Assembly: GCA_002269645.1 (NCBI GenBank) | Contig: NIVC01003339.1 | Span: forward strand, 1-64,000 | DNA: 64,000 bases | Origin: Macrostomum lignano | Taxonomy: Eukaryota | Direction: 5' to 3' | Part shown: in pieces, positions 1-11,916 of the stretch | Position numbering within the stretch: the first letter of the stretch is position 1 | Layout: the number at the start of each line of letters is the position of its first letter | The notes under the pieces: generated by a model | What the model saw: the letters and a program-made list of their open reading frames with translations, nothing else | Database searches by the model: none | Told to the model about the DNA's origin: nothing | Made by a program: the position numbers and the translations under genes

Positions 1-440
1 TTGTAAAGATCTGGTCCGCCTTGTTGCTGTTGGCTGCTGCTGCTGCTGACCTCTAGGAGCATTGTCTGACTCAACTGTCATCTCAACATCGTCCATATCT
101 ATGACGGCTGAGTCGTGGTTCCAGGAGAAGCTTTCATAATTGCAGTATCGGCTCTGTTGATTTATTTGACTGCTGACTTTGTTGACTGTTTACCGATGGC
201 AAACAATGACTGGAATTTTATAAAGTATGATAAAGTTTCAGTAATGCATTTTATAGCACATACAAACGAGCCAATACTGTACGCAGGCACACACTCATGC
301 ACCGCTCACACAGGGTGCCACCGGGGGGGGGGCATGTCCCCCCAGTAAAATTTATGGGGGGACATGCTAGTTATTTGTCCTACCCTACCTTTGTTGACCT
401 GTTATGGAAATCAATAATTTTGCGTCAGGGCGATAAAACA

Positions 441-503
441 GAGTGCCTGCGGCGCTAAAATGAGTGCCTGCGGCGCTAAAATGAGTGCCTGTGGCGCCAA
501 AAT
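441..503. repeat. 21-bp tandem repeat x3 (gagtgcctgcggcgctaaaat)
   Basis: Three near-identical units read directly. Confidence 0.85.
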
Positions 504-657
504 GAGCGCTGACAACACCGATTCTCACAATAATGTACATGTAGGAATTTAGTCATGTACATGCAGAACTCTTGGCTTTGTCCCCCCCCCCACTATAAAA
601 TCCATAGCGGCGCCCCTGTCAGCGAACCTGCCTTTCTAATCGTTAGGCATGTTACGA

Positions 658-910
658 GGGCATGTACACTCTCTGTCTTGGGGGGGGGTTGGCCCTTATG
701 GGTGTGAATTGGAGATAACAGGGCATGTACACTCTCTGTCTTGGGGGGGGGGTTGGCCCTTATGGTGTGAATTGCAGATAACAGGGCATGTACACTCTCT
801 GTCTTGGGGGGGGTTGGCCCTTATGGGTGTGAATTGCAGATAACAGGGCATGCACACTCTGTCTTCGGGGGGGGGGAGAGTTGGCCCTCATGGGTGTGAA
901 TTGCAGATAA
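658..910. repeat. ~62-bp tandem repeat x4 with G-runs
   Basis: Unit gggcatgtacactctctgtcttg(n)ttggcccttatgggtgtgaattgcagataaca repeated four times. Confidence 0.9.
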
Positions 911-1447
911 AAACCCCCAATGGACAATTTCCGTGCGCCACAAGACTTAAATGAGTGTGACGGATGCATGGATCGAACAAAGGGTTGAGATGCGAGAGTC
1001 ACGACGTTGCTTTGCCCCATTATCTATGCTACTTCTAAAACGGTAACCCATGCTTTACAATAGTAAGCATAAAAATATCTTGGTATATATTAGTAGAAGA
1101 ATCAATAAATTTATTTTATTACGCAAATATTATAATAGAATTGCATAAATCAATCAATGAGTGAATTAATTACTCATTGAGCAAGAATAACATTATAGTA
1201 ATTGTTTGTCAATAACAAACCGTACACACTACACACATTGGAGTACAATTTAGATAATGCTAATTTGTATTGGAAAGACAAATTCTATAACTAACAATTC
1301 TGTTTAAGGTTGGAACATAAATGATAAAATAACTATCAAATTGGGAATATTTAGTCAAGTAAGATTGCAAACATATTGGTATCATATATACAAGACAACC
1401 ATTGAAGCACCTTCTCTCAACAAGAACAACAAACACCTTTCCCAGCA

Positions 1448-2089
1448 TCATCCAGTTCTCATAGTCTGCTCCATCATAGCTAGCAATCGTCCAATTTCGT
1501 GTTTCAATAATCGCAATCTCTGCTCGCTAGCTTCAAACTCAATCTCTTTAGTCTGCTCTGTGCCGTCACCTTCAACACCGAGCTTAAATCGAACTTGAGC
1601 AGCGGTTTTCTGCCCAGACTTTGGCGGCATCATTAAACGCAAGCTCCAGGAGCACGAGGCCAAACGAGACAGTCTGAGCTCTCTAGCATTGGCGTACTCA
1701 GTCAGAGCAGCACCGGAGTCTGAGTACACTCTAACAATCTGTCCCGCATGCTCCTTCGGCAAGCCCAGCTGTTGCAGCTCCTCTCCCAGAGTCTCTGGAC
1801 TCGCTGAGTACTTATTAGCCGAAGTAAACAGCTGAGTCAACGCCGAGATCAATGCCTGATTGTCGCGTTCGTTAAATTTCGCGTCCGACGTGTGCTTAGC
1901 AACCGTTGCTAGGAGGACGGCGTTGTTGTCAAGGCTACTACTATCGTTGCTAGCGGCAGAAGCGGCTAAAGACTTTACCAAAGCTGAGCAGACCAGACGC
2001 AACTTGACAACTGACAATTTTGACATGGCAAACACTTCAGCTAGCAGCCAGTCCGGACAGTCGAGGTCGCCGAAAATTTTGAACTTCAT
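1448..2089 (-). CDS. COMMD4: COMM domain-containing protein 4, intronless, 213 aa
   Basis: N-terminus MKFKIFGDLDCPDWLLAE and ELQQLGLPKEHA match the COMMD4 signature; C-terminal COMM-like region (CSWSLRLM). Confidence 0.93.
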   Translation of the reverse strand: MKFKIFGDLDCPDWLLAEVFAMSKLSVVKLRLVCSALVKSLAASAASNDSSSLDNNAVLLATVAKHTSDAKFNERDNQALISALTQLFTSANKYSASPETLGEELQQLGLPKEHAGQIVRVYSDSGAALTEYANARELRLSRLASCSWSLRLMMPPKSGQKTAAQVRFKLGVEGDGTEQTKEIEFEASEQRLRLLKHEIGRLLAMMEQTMRTG

Positions 2090-2669
2090 CGCTCTTCGAA
2101 AATAGCAACTCGGCAGGATTACATGAAAAATATATGAAGCGTTAATAACTTATATTTTAGCATACATGCTTCAAGTTTAGGCTAAAACAAAGATACAGAT
2201 CTATACTTAAGTAATCATCAAAATGTAGCGTTTAGGAGAATTATAATACTATTAATTCCACACACAAAGCTATCTACAGTATCATTTTAAGTAATATAAA
2301 TTCCACTATTAAGTATTTAGTAAACAACATAAAACAACGATTGTATGAAACAGTCAATCTTAGCAGTGCACATAAATGCATTTCATTGAAATCATTGTTA
2401 TATATATTATTTTGAAACAAAACATTACATTTGCGGTTGCAGATACGTTAATAATAATTATTACTAGTCATATTAACACACTTCGACTTGATTGGGAAGA
2501 TAAAACAGATACTAACTAAGAGTAATAACAAATTTATCAATAGTGTTTTTATTGTCGATTAAAATAAAATCATGATAACTAATTTAAATTTTAGCGTAGC
2601 TATTTAAACAGATTTTCAATAATAGCTCTTGAATAATTTAGGCGTCAATTTATTGGCACATATCGGCTG

Positions 2670-3092
2670 TCAGCCCCAGGCCTGCGTCTTGCAATAGTGC
2701 AGAGTGAGTTTCCCATCGGCGCCAAAACAGTCGTAGAGGCCGCCAAAATCGCGATCTGGCGCCGGCACGAATGCCTGATTGACGTAGAGAAACAGCGACT
2801 CGTCCGGCTGGCATTTCAGCGCCTTCTTGACGAACTCGCTGACCCAGCCGACTCGTTGGGAACGGGCGACGACCCATTTTTTCTTGGTTAGAATCGGCGC
2901 ATTACCAGTTGGTCGAAGTAAAATCACGATTTTGTCTGTTGAAGCTTTGGCAGCTGGAGTTGCCGAGCCTTCATCTGATTTAGACTCAACTGCAGAGTCT
3001 TTGCTAGAGGCTTCATCCTGCTGTTGAGTCTGCTGCTCAGCCGCCTGCGACTGCGGCTCAGATTCCGCAGAGTCTTCCTGCTCGGACGACAT
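2670..3092 (-). CDS. ATG12: Ubiquitin-like protein ATG12, intronless; probable start MSSEQ at 3092
   Basis: KIVILLRPTGNAPILTKKKW...LFLYVNQAFVPAPD...LYDCFGADGKLTLHYCKTQAWG is the ATG12 fold with its C-terminal AWG; acidic disordered N-terminus. Confidence 0.95.
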   Translation of the reverse strand: MSSEQEDSAESEPQSQAAEQQTQQQDEASSKDSAVESKSDEGSATPAAKASTDKIVILLRPTGNAPILTKKKWVVARSQRVGWVSEFVKKALKCQPDESLFLYVNQAFVPAPDRDFGGLYDCFGADGKLTLHYCKTQAWG

Positions 3093-3304
3093 GCAAACGA
3101 TACAAAAAAGACAAAAAATGAGAGTTATGAAGAGAATCAAATAGGATCTGCCAGTATAAAATGGGTACTAAACATTATCCTACTGTTACCGATAGACCGA
3201 TTGAAAGCTGGTCCTTGGGCACTTTGGTGAAAGTAGTCACAACACATTGGCCGGTGAGATGCCCTGTCCTACCATCATTTTTGCACCTCAGATAATAATA
3301 ATTA

Positions 3305-3590
3305 TAATAATTGATTACACCTGCCCAATTAGGCCAGATGTGCAACCGACAGCTCAGCCGCAGCTATTGCGTACGGCTGTTCAGTCCAAGGACTGCGGGG
3401 TCGCCACACACACCCTCAATTACCCCAGCTAATGCTGGCACCCATTTTTACAACTGGGTGAACTGAAGCAATGCAGAGTTAAGTGTCTTACTCAAAGACA
3501 CAAATTGTTGCGAGTGGGATCGGGAATCGAACCTCCGACCTTCAAGTCGTGAGTCCGCGCTCTGACCAACTAGGCTGCACAACCCAGCAA
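3305..3590 (-). mobile_element. tRNA-derived SINE family A (CORE-like domain)
   Basis: tRNA-like head with A box and B box (GGTTCGATTCC), MIR-CORE-like central block, AT-rich tail; further copies at 25.6, 40.7 and 53.6 kb. Confidence 0.88.
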
Positions 3591-5694
3591 CTTGTTTGTA
3601 CCTCAGAGAAGTTGCTGGGCAATTGACAGTTGATATGAACAGACAGCAGTCATAACAATGAGCGACGCACTATAATAATCTACAGACAACGCTATAAAAT
3701 TTGTTAAATTACCTTAGAATTGTCAAAACAAACTAAATTTAGTCACTAAATACTACGCTAAGCCTAAAAACAATCTAAAAATTAGACAAATAAACAAGCC
3801 GAACAATCACATTTTGTTGATAAAAAAACACCCAAGCAACGAACGAGCAGACACGTTTATTATAGTTTCTGCTTTCAATGATCACAGACCGTCGACGAAA
3901 CATTCAAGCCAATGTTGAATGCTACATTCGGCTGGTGAAATAAACTTAGCCAAATATACTTGGGCGACAGATGCACTACTAGGCTAAGCGAATAAGTAGA
4001 AAAGGAACAAAAAACGAGAGAAAAAACTTCACATTTTCGAACTTTTTTCACACATGAACTTTTCCCAAATTGTTAACTGGAAAAAATCTTATAAAGATTT
4101 TGTTTTTTTTTCGGGCTGCAGAAGCGAGACACGACATAATGATACGAGCCTAAGCTTTGGTTATGCTGTAACGTGTGACACCAAAAGCACTGTAAACTAT
4201 ACTAATATAACACTAAGATGCATGAAATACATACATATTTTTGATAATTTAAATATACGAAAAAATGTACAACAATAAAAGCATTAAATGTAGTGGATTA
4301 CGTAATTATAAAAAAACAGTAAATATTACCAGTAGAATGAAGCTGTTGTTCGTTGTTAGACACAATTAAATATGTAGAAGCCTAAAAATTGCAGAAATAT
4401 TATTATACGTCAATGGTGAGTTGCATAAGGATCAGTAACCATCTAGACAAAAGCTGCTCAAAAACTGATTTACAATGAAAATGAAAATGAATATAAATGA
4501 TAACACAAATGAGGAAAAGAGAAAACAGATAAAAAATTATTGTGGAATTTTATTTAATGTTTGTGACGCTGTTGTTACGATCAAAAGTGATTCACGAATA
4601 AAAACAAATACATATATAAATATTAACAAAAATAAAGCAAGCTTGTAATTTTAATTTGTTTTAGATACTACGCCCGAATCGACTATTTAATGTTTGATTA
4701 TTAAATTGATATCTAATATTGATAAATAACTATAAAACTAAAATATTCGAGATTCGAGCACTGTATCATTAAATAAATAATACAATTATAACAAAACAAG
4801 CATAACGCTGTCAAAATAAACTAAATCAGCTGTTTAACATATTTTTATTTTCATGTAGTTAAAGCGATTTGGTTGTAAGATAGTTAACAATAAACGCATA
4901 TATATATATATGTGATATACATACACGTACAATATTCGTATGCCGTAGTGAAAAAAGAATATACAAAACTTTACCAATTCAAAGCAAATGATTATACAGT
5001 GCTTAAATATTGCCAGAAGAGAATAACGTTCAGGAAAAAGCATATGAAAAGGTTTACCATAAAATATTTAACTGAGTCTTTGCAACAAACACTACGCTGA
5101 AAAAAGACTAAAAATAAAACAAAGCTGTCTGATGTTTTCTGAACTACCAGATGCACAAATGAATATCTAGCTGCTTTAATACAACTTTTTTCTACATACA
5201 AAAAACAGTAATTTAAAAAAAATCACATTTGTTGCTTCGTTGTATGCGGCTAATGTTGCAAATTTGTCATAAATTATCATAAATATATGTCAAAAATTCA
5301 ATTTATATACCACATGATTACAAGTGAAGACAAGCCTGCATGCAAAGTGTAACGTAAAGCATTAGGTGATTTCGAATAAACAAAAACAGGTATTAAATGT
5401 CGATGGTATTTTTTTCTCATTAAAAATTGTAAAGCTGATTGAAACAAAAATTAATTTAATAACAAGCGTTGCTTTCGTATAATCAAAAAAATTGCAGTGA
5501 AAACAATTGAAGAGATTATAGTTTATTACACTCGTATTGAAGCTTATATATCAATATTATTTATTGTGATGAAAACAAATAAAATTGTAGTTTCCTCATT
5601 AGTTTAATTAAACAATTGTTGCACTTTAAATTTTGCATATTTGTGCCGCACAATCACTGCTCATCATTGTGCCCTTGATCTTTGATTTCCCAGC

Positions 5695-6033
5695 TCAAAT
5701 AGTGCCAGCCGTAGATCGAATCATGGGTTTGATATCCGGCAGGCTCGAATCGTCCCACTCCAGCTGCGGCTTCAGCACAACCGGCTGCTGCACCTGCTGC
5801 TGACCATAGCGCACCGCCTCGGCTCCGGTGACCATCTGAACCACCACAGACTCATCGTCCAGCTCATCCTCAGAGCTGGCAATCTGAGCCGAGCGCTGCA
5901 TTAGCAAGCCCGAAGCGGTCATCCCGTCAATATCGTCTTCCATCTCGTCCGAGCAGCTGGAGCCATTGTCCAAATTCAGTTCGTCTTCAACGTAATCATC
6001 TTCTTGATTGTCTTCGCTGCCAGAGTCTGACAT
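5695..6033 (-). CDS. Acidic low-complexity ORF (112 aa); possible first exon or truncated transposase N-terminus
   Basis: GC-rich coding-like island in AT-rich surroundings with a D/E/S-rich N-terminus; no recognised domain. Confidence 0.35.
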   Translation of the reverse strand: MSDSGSEDNQEDDYVEDELNLDNGSSCSDEMEDDIDGMTASGLLMQRSAQIASSEDELDDESVVVQMVTGAEAVRYGQQQVQQPVVLKPQLEWDDSSLPDIKPMIRSTAGTI

Positions 6034-6189
6034 GTTCTCCTGATTGTGCCGGTTATTGGTTAATTGATTAGAGAATACATATGGTCGGTTATTGTCAGGC
6101 CAGCGCGGAATGTTTTTTTAGCACCACAGGGGAGATTTTAGCGCCACAAGAATACATAGTTCGCGCCACAAGGAAGATTCAGTAGCGAC

Positions 6190-7135
6190 ACAACAGAGGT
6201 CTTGGCGCCATAATGGAGGCCTTGGCGCCATAGTGGAGGGGAGGTCTTGGCGCCATAGGGAGGTCTTGGCGCCATAGGGAGGGGAGGTCTTGGCGCCATA
6301 GGGGAGGGCAAGTCTTGGCGCGGTAGTGGAGGGGAGGTCTTGGCGCCATAGGGAGGGGAGGTCTTGGCGCCATAGGGAGGGGAGGTCTTGGCGCCATAAT
6401 GGAGGCCTTGGCGCCATAGTGGAGGGGAGGTCTTGGCGCCATAGGGAGGTCTTGGCGCCATAGGGAGGGGAGGTCTTGGCGCCATAGGGGAGGGGAGGTC
6501 TTGGCGCCATAGGGAGGGGAGGTCTTGGCGCCATAGGGAGGGGAGGTCTTGGCGCCATAGGGGAGGGGAGGTCTTGGCGCCATAGGGGAGGGGAGGTCTT
6601 GGCGCCATAGGGGAGGGGAGGTCTTGGCGCCATAGGGAGGGAAGGTCTTGGCGCCATAGGGAGGGGAGGTCTTGGCGCCATAGGGAGGGGAGGTCTTGGC
6701 GCCATAGGGGAGGGGAGGTCTTGGCGCCATAGGGAGGGAAGGTCTTGGTGCCATAGGGGAGGGGAGGTCTTGGCGCCATAGGGGAGGGGAGGTCTTGGCG
6801 CCATAGGGAGGGGAGGTCTTGGCGCCATAGGGGAGGGGAGGTCTTGGCGCCATAGGGGAGGGGAGGTCTTGGCGCCATAGGGAAGGGGAGGTCTTGGCGC
6901 CATAGGGGAGGGGAGGTCTTGGCGCCATAGGGGAGGGGAGGTCTTGGCGCCATAGGGAGGGAAGGTCTTGGCGCCATAGGGAGGGGAGGTCTTGGCGCCA
7001 TAGGGGAGGGGAGGTCTTGGCGCCATAGGGGAGGGGAGGTCTTGGCGCCATAGGGGAGGGGAGGTCTTGGCGCCATAGGGGAGGGGAGGTCTTGGCGTCA
7101 TATCGATATGGAAGGTCTTGGCGCCATACGGAATG
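6190..7135. repeat. 24/25-bp minisatellite (ggaggtcttggcgccatagggagg), ~38 units
   Basis: Direct reading; the long ORFs here are repeat artefacts. Confidence 0.97.
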
Positions 7136-7221
7136 TCAAGCAGTGACCTTAAAATTCGTGAGCGGCTGCCCCCTCTGCGACACCCCTCCCTGTTCCGCGG
7201 TGCCTGGTTGCAAACAGTGTT

Positions 7222-8996
7222 AGTAGTATGGGACAACAGAACTCCGCCGCAGGAATTTCCGTGGAAAAGCCATGGGCCCTAGTGAGTGAACATACGGCCC
7301 TATGTAAATCCATTGAGCGACTCTGCCGCAGTGCAGGCCATGGAAATTCCGTGAGACCTCCTAGTGAGAGTACATTGGTGAAAGTATTTGCGAATGGGGT
7401 GGGGCTCCGCGGGAATTCCGTTAACCGCAATGAATGAGTATTGGCAAATGCGTGTTCTGCTACGACGGACACAGGCGGTTCGGTTCATAAAACCAGGCAA
7501 TGCTTTGCTTCTGAATGACATTTAATATTCCATCGGGTATCGTAAAAGGAGGAGGGGCGTGTCTTTATTTCAATGATTACAATAAAATCAATGTGAAATT
7601 CATGTCTAAAATTTGAGCTACCAATTGTTGAAAAATCACTTGATTTTGGAATTTAAGGATTTTGGAATTTTGGAATTAATTGAAACTTTTGCCTATTAAT
7701 TAGGCAAAAGTTTCAATAACAAGATGCTGCTTTAATAAGATTATAATAGCCAAGCATCTCCCTCTTTCTTGGGGTGGTGGGTGTGTTGCTAAATGGAATT
7801 GGACGCTCAATAGTTATCAGTTTTATTGCTCCCCAGTCTGGTCGGGAGTTCCAGTTGGCGGCAAGTGCAAAGGAACTTTTGTACATGTATGCTTTCAATA
7901 GAGGCTCTGTACCTGGGTTTTCTAATAAAATTATTTTTAAAAACCTGGTTTCTGAGACGGCTGGGTTACTGACTGTAAACATAGCTAAGCTGTAAACATA
8001 GCGGCTATGTTTTTATTAACACAGATTCGAATAAGCGAGGTATATAAGACACCGTATACTTGAATACGGGACATAAGTTTCTACTTCTAATTTGAGTTTA
8101 GAATTTCAATTTGATTTTTCTATTCAAACATTTAAAAATTTGGAATGAATAAATCGCGCTGCCCTTCATATGTGTACGAGGTGTGCATTTCCTGCAACTC
8201 ATGTGAGCTCGGTGGCTTAAAACGTCACAAAATGAAAAGCAGCTGCAATGTCAGTCGCTGGATGCTTTGCCACGAGTGCCAGACGCGTGAGCTCTTTAAT
8301 GTGCGCCAGCAAGTTCGAGCTCACAAAAACCACATTATTATTAACTGGAGCTTACCTGGAGATTTAAAACGAGCCCGCTTTGCTGCCTTGGAGGCTGCCC
8401 AGCGTCAAGAGCAGCTCAACATTATCGAGCGCAGTCGAGCACCGGTCAGCGCACTCAGCCAGACAATTCAGGGCGTCTTTCAGCAGCCTGATGAAGATTT
8501 TCAGCACGCTACCGATGCAAACTTTGATCTGCTTGCTGCTGCACTTGCCGCTGTAGAGCAGCAATCAGATTTTTTTGGTTCAACCGCTGCGCCAGCTGCT
8601 GATGCCGGCCTCCCAGCTGACGGTGCCGGCCTTCCAACTACTGATGGCGGCCTCCCAGCTGACGGTGCCGGCCTTCCAACTACTGATGCCGGCCTCCCAG
8701 CTGACGGTGCCGGCCTTCCAACTACTGATGCCGGCCTCCCCGCTGACGGTGCCGGCCTTCCAACTACTGATGCCGGCCTCCCAGCTGACAGTGCCGGCCT
8801 TCCAACTGCTGATGCCGGCCTCCCAGCTGACGATTCCACTGGTTTTGCAGCTCCTTCGGAGTTGGATACTGCCTTCTTCGAGGATGTCGATTTGGAGCCT
8901 GTTGAGCTGGCAAATAAAGAAGCTGAGCAGCAACAGACGCCACCCCACAGGCCTGCTCCAGTCGCAGGAAAAAATATGGAGCAAGCCAGAATGATG
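7222..8996 (+). repeat. Left inverted arm (1775 bp)
   Basis: Reverse complement of 14924-16922; 7 mismatches in the first ~300 bp by manual alignment. Confidence 0.95.
8041..8047 (+). promoter_or_regulatory. TATA box for Polinton ORF1
   Basis: TATATAA ~100 bp upstream of ATG 8145; mirrored in the right arm. Confidence 0.45.
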
Positions 8997-9197
8997 GCAG
9001 AAGCAAGCCTATCCGATCTCCTGCGAGAATTCGAACCTCCTACTCCACCGGCTGCACCAGAAATCCAAACCGGTGACATCCCAGTCGTAGAAGCCATGCC
9101 ACCGATGCCACCGTCAGTCTGCATTCAGCTGGTACTACCGAGCAGAGTCGAGGGCGAGTATTTTATTGACCTTGGGGAGGAACTCGCATTCGCTTAA
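8145..9197 (+). CDS. Polinton ORF1: Cys/His-rich N-terminus, 5 x 14-aa repeat (LPADGAGLPTTDAG), acidic/Pro-rich tail, 350 aa
   Basis: Intact ORF with upstream TATA; duplicated in the right arm. Confidence 0.75.
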   Translation: MNKSRCPSYVYEVCISCNSCELGGLKRHKMKSSCNVSRWMLCHECQTRELFNVRQQVRAHKNHIIINWSLPGDLKRARFAALEAAQRQEQLNIIERSRAPVSALSQTIQGVFQQPDEDFQHATDANFDLLAAALAAVEQQSDFFGSTAAPAADAGLPADGAGLPTTDGGLPADGAGLPTTDAGLPADGAGLPTTDAGLPADGAGLPTTDAGLPADSAGLPTADAGLPADDSTGFAAPSELDTAFFEDVDLEPVELANKEAEQQQTPPHRPAPVAGKNMEQARMMAEASLSDLLREFEPPTPPAAPEIQTGDIPVVEAMPPMPPSVCIQLVLPSRVEGEYFIDLGEELAFA

Positions 9198-9897
9198 GTA
9201 GCTCTTAAAGTGTCCCAGTTCAAAGTATTTAAAAGTAGGGGAAACGAGATTTGTAGATTTTTAGGGGAAAACCAATGCATTCTACCCTGCATAAATATTA
9301 ACTAATTACGTTGCACCTCATCGTGCTCATACAGGTTTCTCATAAACAAAGTGAAAAAGAAAATAATTTAGGCTTACTGTTCAAACTTATTCTTATAATA
9401 AAGCTTTAATAAGCAGCTTTAATTAGTAGGGTGACTAACGAGCATGATTTTTTGCATTGCGAAATGCTTTACCAGAAATATAATGGATTGATGGTTGCTT
9501 TTAATGAAAGCTTTTGCACTTTCTTGGACTTTGTTGAATTCATTACTTGTTTTTTTTTCAATCATGTGAATATCTTCGAAGAAGTTATAGGTTCACTCGC
9601 TTATAGAATTACCGTTAGGTTCACAGCATCTACTCAACTCTATGAGTATAATATGGGATTGATGATCTATGATACCCAATGTTTAGAATGACATGAATTT
9701 GGTTTGTCAAGCATGACTTTGGTTAGATTCAATTTCTGCTCCATAGAGCTCTGAATGCTGGAAATTTATCACTCCACTACATCTCTGACAGAATCGCTCT
9801 TGGGTTAAATTTATCAAACAACACTTTTACACTGGAATTTCAGCAGCATTGAGTTCTTCACTAAATGTCGCTCTATTTCTAATATTAATTCTCTGCA

Positions 9898-11090
9898 ATG
9901 GCCACCCCATCGAGTCGAGAGGACGAGCCGGTGGACCCAGCTGTCAGCCACGAATTTGGACCGAGTGGTAAGTTTTTTCATTCCATTGCTGGTTTTATGA
10001 ACTCATGCATTTCTGTTTGTTGCATTCCTGTCTCTTAGCAACGGAATTATTTATATTTTTCTCGCCTACACAACAATTCCCAAATGGTTCCCAACAGGAT
10101 TAAGCCGGAGAACTCACAATAATGAGACATTTTTATTCCTCATTAGATGAATTGACAAAAATGCGAAAGCAGAACTCCATCTATTTCTTCAATAATAACT
10201 CTTCAAATTCTTTTTTTACACTTATACGTAGCTCGTATTGATTAATAAAAAAATATTAAATCTAGATATAAGGTAGTAGGATAAATAGTATACTCGTAAG
10301 TGTAAAAAAGGGCAATAAAATATTCGACTTCCATAACTCCCAGAGACATTTCTCATCATTTCCACTTTCCATAAATATTTTTAATACTATCTTCCCTTCT
10401 TCAATTGTAGGACCTTCATTCACCCTGGCGTTAAAAACCAGCGCTCACGAAGATGTTCTTCAAGTTCATCGATTTACACCTGGAGCTGCCACTGAAACAT
10501 TCGAGTTTCTCGATTTCTGCAAAATCGCAGTGCAGCAGTGTCTTGAAATTCGCTTCGACTCTTCGGATAATTGCTCTGTTAAAGCTCAGATCAAACTGAA
10601 TTTGCGCATGGTCAGAGTGCAGGCGTCAGAAGCTGTCAAGGGGAGGATAAATGGATGAGCACACAACTCGGATTGGTGGTAGATATACAGGAGTTTGATG
10701 ATTGGTGGAGACAGCAGTTTACAGAGCTGGAGCGCAAAGTCGATGTCTACAACACCAACGGTAGTGGCTGGATAATTGAAAAAATCAATTTTTTTGAACT
10801 TTACTCAGCTCTCGTCGAACGAGTTTCCTACTACACGGGGCATGCTGCGGAATTTATTCTACCGACTCCACTTCTTCGGAAGAAGGCGGTTATTTGTCCT
10901 CCAAGCAATGGTGTAAATTGCTTTCTTTACGCATGCCTTGCTTTTCTGCACAAGGAAGACAACAAAATAAAGAAATCAGCGCAACGCGAGTCTTCCTACA
11001 CTGACTGGCTGGATGAACTTAACATGAGTGGAATTGACTTGCCAATCAATGTCACCGACCTTTCCACTGCTGAGAGACTGAACCCGAGAC
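9898..11090 (+). pseudogene. pPolB N-terminal part: exon 9898-9967, GT-AG intron 9968-10410, exon 10411-11090; 1-bp frameshift in GGGG 10640-10643
   Basis: Phase-1 splice gives MATPSSREDE...GPSG/PSFTLALKTSAHEDVLQVHRF...KAQIKLNLRMVR...YNTNGSGWIIEKI...VICPPSNGVNCFLYACLAFLH, resembling the N-terminal extension of invertebrate Polinton PolB. Confidence 0.78.
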
Positions 11091-11385
11091 AAAGTACAGG
11101 TAAAATTAGAAAAAAATAAAACTCTCACATGCCATCACCGCAAACACCACCACCACCACTAACGAAGCATTGGTTTCATTATCATCATCGCGCAATTGTA
11201 AGTAAATATTGTGAAGCAAAAAATTGTTGCTAGCCTCAGCAGATGATCAAAGTTTTTATTGCATTTGGAAAAAATCCTATTTAGATTAGCGGTTAACCTT
11301 TATTCAATGTCAAAGAAAGAAACTTTGAAATCGCAAAGAAATTATTGTTTTTGTTTAGCAAGCTTGTTGTACTCATTATTCAATT

Positions 11386-11877
11386 TCAAAGTAGTCGGCG
11401 CCGTTTTGATGATTTCTGCTGCTGTTGCTGCTGCTGTTGTTGTTGTTGTTGTTGTTGTTGCTGCTGTTGCTGTTGTTGTTGTTGTTGTTGTTGTTTTTTT
11501 TTTTATTAGAAGCAGGGGGGCTGTGTGCACCCTGGCGCACTTTAGGCGACATAGGCACACAACCGGCGAGAGGCATTACTGCCCATTCCGCCGACTCCCC
11601 TGAGCAGGCATACAAGCGCGCGGATACGTTACGCAGACACACACTCACACAGGAGTGTACAGCGGCCCTAACTTTATCAATTGTTAGGCATGTACATTTC
11701 ACTGCGCCTTGGGGGGTTGGCTCTCAAGGCCGTTAATTGCACAGGCGAGCCAAGCCGAAATTCCAATTCAGCCCCAAATTAATGTGGCTGCACTTGGAAT
11801 CGAGCCTGGGTCGCGGCACACCAGAGCAGCTGCGCTACCGCTGGACTACGGCCCCCCTGTGTTGTTGTTGTTGTTGT

Positions 11878-11916
<39 letters not shown>

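Noticed and set aside
311-618. CAGGG...CCCTG MITE
   Set aside because: Termini are only loosely inverted and the flanks show no TSD.
5695-6063. piggyBac transposase 5' end
   Set aside because: An acidic N-terminus and a nearby TTAACC are suggestive, but there is no catalytic domain or matching far end.
6096-7206. TIR element enclosing the 24-bp array (caggccagcgcggaa / ttccgcggtgcctg)
   Set aside because: Imperfect TIR and no TSD; possible but unsupported.
8997-11385. Polinton integrase, capsid, ATPase or protease genes
   Set aside because: Looked for in all frames within the element; no motif recognised.
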